A stretch of DNA of 34,837 bases from an uncultured archaeon (GTDB lineage: Archaea; Aenigmatarchaeota; Aenigmatarchaeia; QMZS01), in NCBI GenBank assembly GCA_964386335.1, contig CAYLRQ010000002.1, forward strand, positions 1 to 34,837. The letters run 5' to 3'. Made by a program: the position numbers and the translations under genes. Shown one piece after another: positions 23,821-31,956 of the stretch. Under the pieces are notes generated by a model. It had not been told where the DNA came from, searched no databases, and saw only the letters and a list, made by a program, of their open reading frames with translations. Every line of letters starts with the position of its first letter. Positions within the stretch are counted from its first letter, which is position 1.

Positions 23821-24942
23821 ATGACTATAAAAATTTTCGATGTTGAAACCGGAAAAGAGAAAAACAAAAAAATAGAAGAAATTGAATTTGAAGAAAAAGA
23901 GGAAGATTTAAAAGAAGAGCACTACATGCTGAAAGAAATTCTTGAACAGCCAGAAACAATAAAAAAAGCTGCGGAGCAGAATGAACAAAAATTGCTTGAG
24001 ACGGCAATGGAAATATTAAGGGCAAAAAATGTTATTTTCACTGCCTGCGGAACTGCAAGATACGCGGCAATTGTAGGCCGATATTTATTTTCTAAAATTG
24101 CGAAAAAATTTTCTGAAGTTATAATGGCTCATGAATTTCAGTATTTTATTGATTCCGTTGATAAAGATACTCTGATAATTGCGGTTTCGCAGTCCGGTGA
24201 AACAGCAGATGTTCTCGAAGGCGTTAAAAAAGCAAAGGAGAACGGAGCAAAAATTGTCGCAATAACCAATGTTGAAAATTCTTCTCTTGCGAGGATGTCG
24301 GATTTTGTGTTTTATCTAAATTGCGGACCAGAAATTGCTGTCGCATCGACAAAGGCATTTACCGGACAATTGGTTATTTTATATCTTCTCGCCTTTGCCA
24401 CAATAAACAAAATTCGGGCATGTAAAATTAAGTTGGAATATCTTGCAAAAAAAGTCGAAGAAACTATAACCAAAAATGATGAAACATTAAAAAAACTTGC
24501 AGTTAAATTGAAAGATAAAGGAGATTTCTATTATATTGCGAGAGGAATTGATTTCGCAATTGCCTCTGAAGGGGCTCTAAAATTAAAGGAAACGAGTTAT
24601 ATTCATGCTGAAGGAATGCCAGCTGGAGAATTAAAACACGGAACCTTGTCTCTGATAGAAGACGGAACTCCTGTAGTTGTTATCTGTCCGAAAGATTACA
24701 CTTATGAAGAAACATTAAATAATGCTCAGGAAACAAAAGTGAGGGGGGCTTTCCTTATTGGAGTATCTGATGAAGAAAACGAACTTTTTGATTCCTGGCT
24801 GAGAATTCCCGAGACGGAGGAAATTTTTTATCCTTTGCTGACTGTTATTCCCCTCCAATTGCTTGCCTATTATATAAGTGTTGCAAGAGGAAATAATCCC
24901 GATAAGCCAAGAAATCTGGCAAAATCTGTTACTGTGAAATGA
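23821..24942 (+). CDS. glmS: GlmS fragment 2: end of the amidotransferase domain plus two SIS (isomerase) domains
   Basis: Same reading frame as fragment 1. YMLKEILEQPE linker motif, SQSGETADV SIS motif, and C-terminal NPDKPRNLAKSVTVK matching the conserved GlmS C-tail. Confidence 0.8.
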   Translation: MTIKIFDVETGKEKNKKIEEIEFEEKEEDLKEEHYMLKEILEQPETIKKAAEQNEQKLLETAMEILRAKNVIFTACGTARYAAIVGRYLFSKIAKKFSEVIMAHEFQYFIDSVDKDTLIIAVSQSGETADVLEGVKKAKENGAKIVAITNVENSSLARMSDFVFYLNCGPEIAVASTKAFTGQLVILYLLAFATINKIRACKIKLEYLAKKVEETITKNDETLKKLAVKLKDKGDFYYIARGIDFAIASEGALKLKETSYIHAEGMPAGELKHGTLSLIEDGTPVVVICPKDYTYEETLNNAQETKVRGAFLIGVSDEENELFDSWLRIPETEEIFYPLLTVIPLQLLAYYISVARGNNPDKPRNLAKSVTVK

Positions 24943-24998
24943 ATCTTCCAATGAAGAGCAGAGTTTTGAGAGGTCTGGATAAATAAAAAAATAATATT

Positions 24999-26339
24999 AT
25001 GGAAACAGACGAGAGCATTTTTCGGGCCTATGATATTAGAGGCATTTATCCGATACAAATAAATGAAGAACTCGCGTACAAACTTGGAAGAAGTTTTGCA
25101 ACATTCAATAAAGGCAAAATAGTTGTTGGGAGGGATGGCAGGATAGGAGGAGAAGTTTTAAAAGAAAATTTAATCAAGGGCCTAACTGAAAGCGGGGCAG
25201 AAGTAATTGATATTGGAATTGTTCCCACTCCCTTGATAATATTCTCAATTAAGTATTATAATTTTGATGGAGGAATTTGCATAACTGCCAGCCACAATCC
25301 AAAAGAATATCAAGGTTTCTTGTTCTACAACAGAGAGGGAGAAGGAATTGGTTTGGAAAACGGTTTGGAGGAAATTAAAGAAAATATCCATTCCGAAAAG
25401 TTTACAGAAGGCAAAGGAGTTATTATTAGAAAAAACATTCTACAAGATTATATTAACTTCATATCTGACAAGATAACCCTAGAAAATGCAAAAATGAAGG
25501 TGGTTATTGACTGCGGAAACGGTGTTGCTTCCGTTGTTTTGCCAAAACTTCTGAACAGATTTGGAATAGAATATTTTCCATTATTTTGTTCTCTGGATGG
25601 AAATTTTCCAAACAGGGACCCCGAACCAAGAATGGACAATTTAAAAGCTCTGCAAGAAAAAGTGGTTGAACTAAAAGCCGATTGCGGATTTGCTTATGAC
25701 GGAGATGCAGACAGGGTTGTCGGGGTGGACGAAAAAGGAAATGTTCTCACTCCGAATCAGTTTTTTTGCGTATTAATCAAAAGTTATTTGGAAAACAAAA
25801 AAGAAAAAGTTGTGCACGATTCTTTAAGTTCTCTAACAGTAGATGAACTGGTTAAATATTACAAAGGATTTCCCATCGGGTGCAGAGTGGGGCACGTTTT
25901 TATTCAAAAAAAAGTTCTAGAAGAAAATGCAGCAATAGGCGGAGAGATATCCGGACATTATTTTTTCAATGAACTTTTCGGGGCAGATGACGCTTCATTT
26001 GCAACTTTAAAAGTTTTGGAATATTTGAATAAGAAAAAAATAAAATTATCGGAAGTTTACAGAGAACTGCCCAGTTATTATTTTGATTCTATAAGAGTCA
26101 AGACAAAAGAAGAAGAGAAATTTAAATTCATAGAAAATCTGAAAACAGAGTTCAAAGAAAAAAATTATAAAATGGATTGTTCTGATGGCGTCAAAATAAT
26201 TTTTGACGATTCCTGGATTTTATTAAGAGCCTCCAATACGGAGCCAAAAATTTCAATAGCATACGAATCAAAAACAGAAGAGGGATTTGAAAAACTAAAA
26301 AAGTTTGTCAATGAACTTGTAAAAAAAATTCCAAAATAA
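24999..26339 (+). CDS. glmM: Phosphoglucosamine mutase / phosphohexomutase
   Basis: Phosphoserine loop CITASHNPKEYQG, metal loop FAYDGDADR, sugar loop GGEISGHYFF, phosphate loop RASNTEPK. Confidence 0.85.
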   Translation: METDESIFRAYDIRGIYPIQINEELAYKLGRSFATFNKGKIVVGRDGRIGGEVLKENLIKGLTESGAEVIDIGIVPTPLIIFSIKYYNFDGGICITASHNPKEYQGFLFYNREGEGIGLENGLEEIKENIHSEKFTEGKGVIIRKNILQDYINFISDKITLENAKMKVVIDCGNGVASVVLPKLLNRFGIEYFPLFCSLDGNFPNRDPEPRMDNLKALQEKVVELKADCGFAYDGDADRVVGVDEKGNVLTPNQFFCVLIKSYLENKKEKVVHDSLSSLTVDELVKYYKGFPIGCRVGHVFIQKKVLEENAAIGGEISGHYFFNELFGADDASFATLKVLEYLNKKKIKLSEVYRELPSYYFDSIRVKTKEEEKFKFIENLKTEFKEKNYKMDCSDGVKIIFDDSWILLRASNTEPKISIAYESKTEEGFEKLKKFVNELVKKIPK

Positions 26340-26340
26340 T

Positions 26341-27504
26341 ATGCAGGCGGTGATACTGGCAGCTGGAAAAGGAACAAGAATGTTGCCTTTAACAGAGACC
26401 AAACCAAAACCTTTGTTAAAAGTCGCTAACAGAACAATTTTGGAGCATAACTTGGAACAGTTGAGAGAAATCGCAGAGGAGGTTATTATTGTTACTGGAT
26501 ACAAAAATGAATTAATTGAAAATTTTTTCGGAAATAGATTCAAAGACATTGAAATAAAATATGTCCGGCAAAAAGAGGCCTTGGGAACTGGAGATGCTCT
26601 GAAGATGGCGGCCGGTTTATTAAAAGATAAATTTCTGGTGCTGAATGGAGATGATTTGTATTTCAAAGAAGACATAAAAAAGGTTTTGGTGCGAGAACCT
26701 TGCATATTGCTGAAAGAAAGCGAAAATCCGGAGAATTTTGGTGTTGTAATGATTGAAAATAACGAGGTTGTTGAGATTGAAGAAAAACCTGAAAACTTCA
26801 AGGGAAATCTTGTAAATACAGGGCTTTATTTTTTAAATAAAGGCATTTTTGATTTCAAGATAGAAAAGAGCAAGAGGGGAGAGTACGAGTTAACAGATTA
26901 TGTAAAGAAAATTTCCGGACTGAAGTTTGCAATTGCAGAAAACTGGTTCTCCCTGACTTATCCGTGGAACCTGCTTGATGTTAATGAATTTCTTTTAAAG
27001 AATATCGAGAAAAAAATAAAAGGCAAAATTGAAAATTGTTATATTGGTGAAAATGTGCAAATAGGGGAGGGAACTGTAATAAAAAGCGGAAGTTACATAG
27101 AAAGCAATGTTATTATTGGAAAAAATTGCAAAATAGGTCCGAACTGTTATATAAGGGGAAACACTGCAATAGGAGACAAATGTCATATTGGAAATGGAAG
27201 TGAAATAAAGAATTCCATTCTCTTTGAAAATTCAAATTGTCCTCACTTAAATTATGTTGGCGATTCAATAATAGGCAGCAATTGCAATCTTGGCGCAGGA
27301 ACTACTATCGCAAATTTAAGACATGATGAAAAAGATATAAAGGTTATGGTAAAGGGAAAATTGACAAATACAAAAAGAAGAAAATTTGGATGTATTATTG
27401 GAGACAATGTAAAAACGGGGATTGGAACTTTAATATATCCCGGGAGAAAAATAGGTTCAAATAAAACAACAAAACCGGGAGAGATCATAGAAAAGGATAT
27501 TTAG
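26341..27504 (+). CDS. Bifunctional sugar-1-phosphate nucleotidyltransferase / acetyltransferase (archaeal GlmU-like)
   Basis: N-terminal AVILAAGKGTRMLPLTETKPKPLL nucleotidyltransferase motif. The C-terminal third is imperfect hexapeptide repeats (IGENVQIGEGTVIKSGSYIESNVIIGKNCKIGPNCYIRGNTAIGDKCHIG...), i.e. a left-handed beta-helix. Confidence 0.8.
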   Translation: MQAVILAAGKGTRMLPLTETKPKPLLKVANRTILEHNLEQLREIAEEVIIVTGYKNELIENFFGNRFKDIEIKYVRQKEALGTGDALKMAAGLLKDKFLVLNGDDLYFKEDIKKVLVREPCILLKESENPENFGVVMIENNEVVEIEEKPENFKGNLVNTGLYFLNKGIFDFKIEKSKRGEYELTDYVKKISGLKFAIAENWFSLTYPWNLLDVNEFLLKNIEKKIKGKIENCYIGENVQIGEGTVIKSGSYIESNVIIGKNCKIGPNCYIRGNTAIGDKCHIGNGSEIKNSILFENSNCPHLNYVGDSIIGSNCNLGAGTTIANLRHDEKDIKVMVKGKLTNTKRRKFGCIIGDNVKTGIGTLIYPGRKIGSNKTTKPGEIIEKDI

Positions 27505-28208
27505 AGGTCAGAAATTTTTCTCTTGAGCAGATAAATAAAATTTCTTATTCCCTGCGTGATGGTGACGCCTTTTCTGTATAACGGAGAATCTATTCGTATA
27601 TTGGCATATTTCAACTTGTTTCTGCCAATTTCGTAAACAATTTCGCCTTCGATCTCATAGCGATTTGCTTTTAGATTTAATTTCTTTGCCGCCTCTCTTG
27701 AGAAGGCTTTATATCCAGATTCCGTATCTTTTATGTTGGTTTTACAAATAAGATTTGTAAGCAAAGTTAACCAAAAATTTCCAAATTTTTTTACAAAAGG
27801 ATATTTTTCTAAATTTCTTTCTCCTATGACCACATCATATCCTTGATTAATTTTTCGAACAAAATTTGGTATGTCTTCTGGTTTGTGCTGTAAATCATCA
27901 TCCAGAGTTATAATAATATCCGCTCCTCTTTTTAAACCTTCTTTTATTCCCCTTCTTCTTGAATATCCGACTCCTTTATTTTCATTGTTATAGAGAACGA
28001 TTGCACCAAGTTTTTCCCCTATTTTACCTACTTTTTTTGTTTTTGTGTCGTCAACAACAATAACTTCATCGACATATTTTGAGGTTTTTCTTACAACTTC
28101 TTCGAGTGTTTTTTCTCCACTATAACTTGGAATTACTGCAATAAGTTTTTGCATAAATAACAAAAATAACGCATAAATAATCTCCTTTCTTTTGTCATCC
28201 TCCGGCAT
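27501..28208 (-). CDS. GT2-family glycosyltransferase (dolichyl-phosphate hexose synthase-like)
   Basis: IAVIPSYSGEKTLEEVV...VIVVDDTKT...ITLDDDLQHKP (the DxD / DDD motifs of DPM1/AglJ-like GT2 enzymes). The internal ATG at 28154 (MQKLIAVIPSY) is an equally plausible start. Confidence 0.8.
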   Translation of the reverse strand: MPEDDKRKEIIYALFLLFMQKLIAVIPSYSGEKTLEEVVRKTSKYVDEVIVVDDTKTKKVGKIGEKLGAIVLYNNENKGVGYSRRRGIKEGLKRGADIIITLDDDLQHKPEDIPNFVRKINQGYDVVIGERNLEKYPFVKKFGNFWLTLLTNLICKTNIKDTESGYKAFSREAAKKLNLKANRYEIEGEIVYEIGRNKLKYANIRIDSPLYRKGVTITQGIRNFIYLLKRKISDL

Positions 28209-28264
28209 GGAAATCCAAAACCGGGATTTTTTTGCCGTTTTCGAGTCTTTTCAAACATTTTGAT

Positions 28265-28285
28265 TAGATTCATGGATAGATTCAT
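28265..28285. repeat. Tandem 9-bp direct repeat TAGATTCAT-GGA-TAGATTCAT
   Basis: Read directly from the sequence: copies at 28265-28273 and 28277-28285. Lies between rpl24e and the GT2 gene. Confidence 0.5.
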
Positions 28286-28332
28286 TTTTCTAAATCAGCA
28301 AAATAAAATCGGATTTTTTAATTTTATGTCTG

Positions 28333-28494
28333 TTAATTTGTTTTTTTCTCTGCCCATTTCCCCTTTTTTCTTCCCATTCTAAAATATTTTCTGCATTTTG
28401 AAGAGCAGAAGTAGAAGATCTGTCCCTTGTTGTTTACAAACATCACTCCAGAACCTTTTTTTATGGTTTTCCCGCAAAAAGAGCATTTTATCAT
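28333..28494 (-). CDS. rpl24e: 50S ribosomal protein L24e
   Basis: 53-aa ORF below the ORF-track cutoff, translated by hand: [53 protein letters not shown]. The C.FCG...G.G.M.V...G....FCSSKC pattern is diagnostic. Starts 2 nt after the rps28e stop. Confidence 0.85.
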   Translation of the reverse strand: MIKCSFCGKTIKKGSGVMFVNNKGQIFYFCSSKCRKYFRMGRKKGKWAEKKTN

Positions 28495-28496
28495 TT

Positions 28497-28685
28497 TTAA
28501 GCGTAGGCAGTTTCCATTTCCGTTTCTTTCAGATAAATAATATCTCCCTCTTTAATTCTTCCAATTACCGCCCTTTCAAGTATTTTGTCTTTCTTTTTTC
28601 CCTCCAATAATCTGCATTTAACTATGCTTATGCCTTTAGGTCCCTCTCTTTTAACAACTTTTACAACCTCTGCAGCTTCTGCCAT
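28497..28685 (-). CDS. rps28e: 30S ribosomal protein S28e
   Basis: 62 aa. [37 protein letters not shown] matches the conserved S28e core (VKCRILEG..KGRIL.RNV.GPVR.GDIL.L.ETEREA). Confidence 0.85.
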   Translation of the reverse strand: MAEAAEVVKVVKREGPKGISIVKCRLLEGKKKDKILERAVIGRIKEGDIIYLKETEMETAYA

Positions 28686-28717
28686 AATCTATTGATTAAA
28701 GAAATTTAAAGTAAGTT

Positions 28718-29425
28718 ATGGAGGATATAGACGATTTGAAAAAGAAAATTGCGGGAGAAATTGTATTATCAAATACTCCCGGCAATACAATTAAAAAATG
28801 GAGGCAATTATTTAAGATTTCTCAGGCAGAATTGTCCAAAGAATTAAATATGAGTTCTTCTGTAATTTCGGATTATGAATCTGGCAGGAGAAAATCTCCG
28901 GGGACAAAAATTATAGAGAAAATTGTTAACGGACTGATAAAAATAGATCTGGAAAAGGGTGGAAAGATCATAGACGAGTTTATGGCTTTATATAGAAACT
29001 CTGATTTCAAAACATTTATTTTGAAAATGAAAGATTTTGAAAAACCTGTAAAAATAAAAGAGTTTTTAAGGGAAATAAACGGAGAGCCATGCTATGAGTT
29101 TGATGATCGGAACATATACGGTTATTCTTTAATAGACAGCCAGAAAGCCATATTAAATTTTTCTCCTTTGGAATTGTCCAGAGTTTCTTCCCTGATAAGC
29201 CGGCATTGCATGATATTCACAAATTTAAAAAGAGGGAGATCTCCCATGGTTGCAATAAGATTGACAAATCTCAAACCCGGATTGATCGTATTTCATGGGA
29301 TAAAAAAGCCGGATGAACTCGCCCTGAGAATTGCCAAACTTGAGAAACTTCCGCTCGCAATATCCTATGTTTCCACCGTAGAAAGATTGATGGATATGCT
29401 GGAAGCTCTTAATAACAAATTTTAA
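28718..29425 (+). CDS. XRE-type HTH transcriptional regulator with a C-terminal domain (COG1395-like)
   Basis: The N-terminal IKKWRQLFKISQAELSKELNMSSSVISDYESGRRKSPG is a classic HTH_3 motif. The ~150-aa C-terminal domain is as found in conserved archaeal regulators. Confidence 0.7.
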   Translation: MEDIDDLKKKIAGEIVLSNTPGNTIKKWRQLFKISQAELSKELNMSSSVISDYESGRRKSPGTKIIEKIVNGLIKIDLEKGGKIIDEFMALYRNSDFKTFILKMKDFEKPVKIKEFLREINGEPCYEFDDRNIYGYSLIDSQKAILNFSPLELSRVSSLISRHCMIFTNLKRGRSPMVAIRLTNLKPGLIVFHGIKKPDELALRIAKLEKLPLAISYVSTVERLMDMLEALNNKF

Positions 29426-29702
29426 TTATTTTTAAATCATCCGTTCCCGAGACAACAAGATAATCAATAATTTCCTTATCATTGCACTCTGAAATAGAAA
29501 TATTTAAATCAAGAAGATTGTTTATTTTCAGGGCATCGGCATTATCAGTCAATTCGTTTTCTTTTTCCAGAAGAGATAAACCTTCGTATATATTGCTTCT
29601 CTTGGTGTCAAACTCTGCCTGAATTGGATTAAAAACAATTACAGGAAAAAGCAAAATAATAATTGCTATCAGTGATTCCAGAGAAAATAAATAACCTCTC
29701 AT
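29409..29702 (-). CDS. Small protein with a class III (type IV pilin-like) signal peptide
   Basis: Taking the internal ATG at 29702 gives a 97-aa protein starting MRGYLFSLESLIAIIILLFPVIVF, i.e. basic-Gly then S-L-E then a hydrophobic helix. The longer ORF-track version (to 29984) would overlap the conserved GTPase gene by 260 nt. Confidence 0.45.
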   Translation of the reverse strand: MRGYLFSLESLIAIIILLFPVIVFNPIQAEFDTKRSNIYEGLSLLEKENELTDNADALKINNLLDLNISISECNDKEIIDYLVVSGTDDLKIIKICY

Positions 29703-29724
29703 AATAAATCTTATAAGAACAATT

Positions 29725-30867
29725 ATGAAGATAGGCCTCGTTGGAAAACCGAGTTCGGGAAAATCAACTTTCTTTAAGGCTGCAACTTTGATAGATGCGA
29801 AGATAGGAAATTTTCCATTTACAACAATCAATCCAAATATCGGCTTTGGTTTTGTCAGGGTGGAGTGCCCGGAGAAATTTTTTAAAGTGAAATGCAATCC
29901 AAGGCTTGGTTTCTGCATAGAAGGAAACAGATTCGTTCCTGTTGAATTAATTGACGTTGCAGGGCTTGTTCCAGAGGCCCACAAAGGAAGAGGGATGGGA
30001 AATAAATTTTTGGATGATTTAAGGCAGGCAGATTGCCTGATTCATATTGTTGACGCTTCCGGAACAACTGACAGCGAGGGAAGAGAATGTTCAGAACACA
30101 ATCCCCTTGAAGATGTAAAATTTTTGGAGGATGAAATAAATTGCTGGTTTTTATCGATTCTTGAAAGAAATTGGAAGAAAATCGCAGACAAAAAGGACAT
30201 TGCAAAACAATTTTCTGGATTAAAGGTATCTCTCCCTACAGTTTCCGAAACAATAAAACAATTAAATCTTAATGAGAAGATCAGGGAATGGTCTGAAGAA
30301 GACAAATTAAAATTTGTAATTGAATTAAGAAAGAAGGTGCAACCTCTTTTGATCGCCGCAAACAAAGTCGATAAAACAGAATCTGAAAAATGGATTGAAG
30401 ATTTAATTAAAATAGGGGCAATTCCGTGTTCGGCGGAGGCAGAACTTGCCCTGAAGGAAGCGGAAAAAAACAAACTAATTAAATATATTCCGGGAGATAA
30501 CGATTTCAAGATAATTGGCAAAGTTACAGAGAAGCAAAGAGAGGCTCTGGAGAAAATCAAAAAAATTCTGAAAAAATTTGGTTCTACCGGAGTGCAGGAA
30601 GTAATAAATAAAGCCGTTTTTGATATTCTAAAATACATCGTTGTTTTTCCGGGGGGTGTTAAGAAACTTGCCGATAAAGAGGGAAGAGTTTTGCCAGATG
30701 CTTTTTTAATGCCTCCCAATTCAACGGCATTGGATTTTGCCTACAAGATTCACGAGGACTTTGGAAAAAAATTCATCGCAGCAATAGATGTAAAAACAAA
30801 ACAGAGAATTGGAAAAGATCATAAATTGAAAAATCTCGATGTTATAGAGATCATTGCAGGAAGATAA
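29725..30867 (+). CDS. YchF/OLA1-type Obg-family GTPase/ATPase with a C-terminal TGS domain
   Basis: G1 GLVGKPSSGKST, FPFTTINPN (G2), G3 DVAGLV, G4 AANKVD. C-terminal TGS-like segment ending LKNLDVIEIIAGR. Confidence 0.8.
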   Translation: MKIGLVGKPSSGKSTFFKAATLIDAKIGNFPFTTINPNIGFGFVRVECPEKFFKVKCNPRLGFCIEGNRFVPVELIDVAGLVPEAHKGRGMGNKFLDDLRQADCLIHIVDASGTTDSEGRECSEHNPLEDVKFLEDEINCWFLSILERNWKKIADKKDIAKQFSGLKVSLPTVSETIKQLNLNEKIREWSEEDKLKFVIELRKKVQPLLIAANKVDKTESEKWIEDLIKIGAIPCSAEAELALKEAEKNKLIKYIPGDNDFKIIGKVTEKQREALEKIKKILKKFGSTGVQEVINKAVFDILKYIVVFPGGVKKLADKEGRVLPDAFLMPPNSTALDFAYKIHEDFGKKFIAAIDVKTKQRIGKDHKLKNLDVIEIIAGR

Positions 30868-30916
30868 TTATTTATTCAAATAAAAACCGGATAGATAATT
30901 AATAAAATTTTAAATT

Positions 30917-31906
30917 ATGGTGGAGAAAAACAAGATTGGATTGTGTGGTTCAGTGGTTCTATTTGTTATTTTAATAATTGTCACTTGTTATTCTTTGTAT
31001 TCTATTTACAGCACTTCGGAGCAGATGGCTAAACATTACGGAACGGGAATATCAAAATACTGGGCGGATTCGATGAATTGGCTCAAAAATAACACTCCCG
31101 AGTGTACTGTCGTTGCAACTTATTGGGACCCTGGCTATTGGATTGCCGCTCTTTCAGAAAGAAAAACAATCTATGATGGAGGGAGTCAAAATTCCATAAG
31201 GCACACGCCAGTTAAGGATTTAAACGGTCTGGATTGCGTTGCAGATAGAGGCGGTTATATAAAGGAGGAAAATGGGGTGAAATATTGCATAACGAGTAGA
31301 ATGCAGGACATGGCCGGAGTATTATACACTTCGAATGAAACAAAAGCGGCGAAGATTTTAGAAACTTATCTCGGAAATTGTTCGGAGTTGTATGAACTGG
31401 CTTCAAGCGATTTGATCGGAAAATCTCATTGGTGGAGTTATTTTTCAAACTGGGACCCAGAAAAGGGAAAGGGGCAGGCTTATAGTTATATTACGGTAAG
31501 ATTGCAGGGTCAGAAGAACCTCTTACTGGAAAACGGCACCGCATTGATTTACGGGCCTTTTATTTTGAAAATAATCCAGAAAAATGATACTCAAAAAATT
31601 GAACCGCTTCTCCTGCAGGAAGGAAAATATTATAAAATTAAAAATCTCGTGCTTCCGCAGAACAATACCTTCCTGAAATTAAATTATTCGGATGCTCCAG
31701 TTCCCGGAACACTATGGGTTGATCCAAGTTTTCAAGCAGTAATTTATATGCCTCCGCAGATAGAAAATTCGATGTTTACAAGAATGTTTTTCTACAACGG
31801 AGAAGGCCTGAAATATTTTGAGCCCGCCTACATAACTCCGGAAGTAAAATTATTCAAATTTAAGGTTGAGAAATTTAGAGAAGATTTAAGGGAAGGAAGG
31901 ATTTAA
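30917..31906 (+). CDS. Single-TM protein carrying only the C-terminal (extracytoplasmic) domain of STT3/AglB oligosaccharyltransferase
   Basis: One N-terminal TM helix (LCGSVVLFVILIIVTCYSLYSIY). Then YWADSMNWLKNNTPECTVVATYWDPGYWIAALSERKTIYDGGSQN, which is the AglB context around the WWDYG motif (here YWDPG, 31121-31135). The 13-TM catalytic N-terminal domain is absent. Confidence 0.6.
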   Translation: MVEKNKIGLCGSVVLFVILIIVTCYSLYSIYSTSEQMAKHYGTGISKYWADSMNWLKNNTPECTVVATYWDPGYWIAALSERKTIYDGGSQNSIRHTPVKDLNGLDCVADRGGYIKEENGVKYCITSRMQDMAGVLYTSNETKAAKILETYLGNCSELYELASSDLIGKSHWWSYFSNWDPEKGKGQAYSYITVRLQGQKNLLLENGTALIYGPFILKIIQKNDTQKIEPLLLQEGKYYKIKNLVLPQNNTFLKLNYSDAPVPGTLWVDPSFQAVIYMPPQIENSMFTRMFFYNGEGLKYFEPAYITPEVKLFKFKVEKFREDLREGRI

Positions 31907-31956
31907 CAAAAATTTTACCTTCAAATATTTTCAGTTGCTAATTTTAAATCGAAGTT

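Noticed and set aside
23794-23823. Stop-codon readthrough or recoding (e.g. Sec, Pyl or a TGA sense codon) joining the two glmS ORFs
   Set aside because: A second in-frame stop of a different type (TAA, 23806-23808) follows the TGA. A single recoding event therefore cannot restore one polypeptide. No other in-frame TGA is seen in conserved genes of the window.
26295-26801. 168-aa minus-strand ORF overlapping the glmM-like/glmU-like junction
   Set aside because: It is antisense to two genes with strong catalytic motifs, and its sequence is S/F-rich and low-complexity.
28210-28233. Hairpin (AAATCC/GGATTT) followed by a T7 run, looking like an intrinsic terminator
   Set aside because: The T-run follows the hairpin only on the plus strand, where no gene ends nearby. 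On the minus strand, where transcription runs, the T-run precedes the stem. The element abuts the GT2 start codon.
29703-29984. N-terminal 94-codon extension of ORF 29409..29984
   Set aside because: It would overlap the conserved GTPase gene by 260 nt on the opposite strand. The internal ATG at 29702 gives a sensible signal-peptide-like N-terminus instead.
30042-30719. 225-aa minus-strand ORF inside the YchF-type GTPase gene
   Set aside because: It is antisense to a gene with complete G1-G4 motifs and has no motif content.
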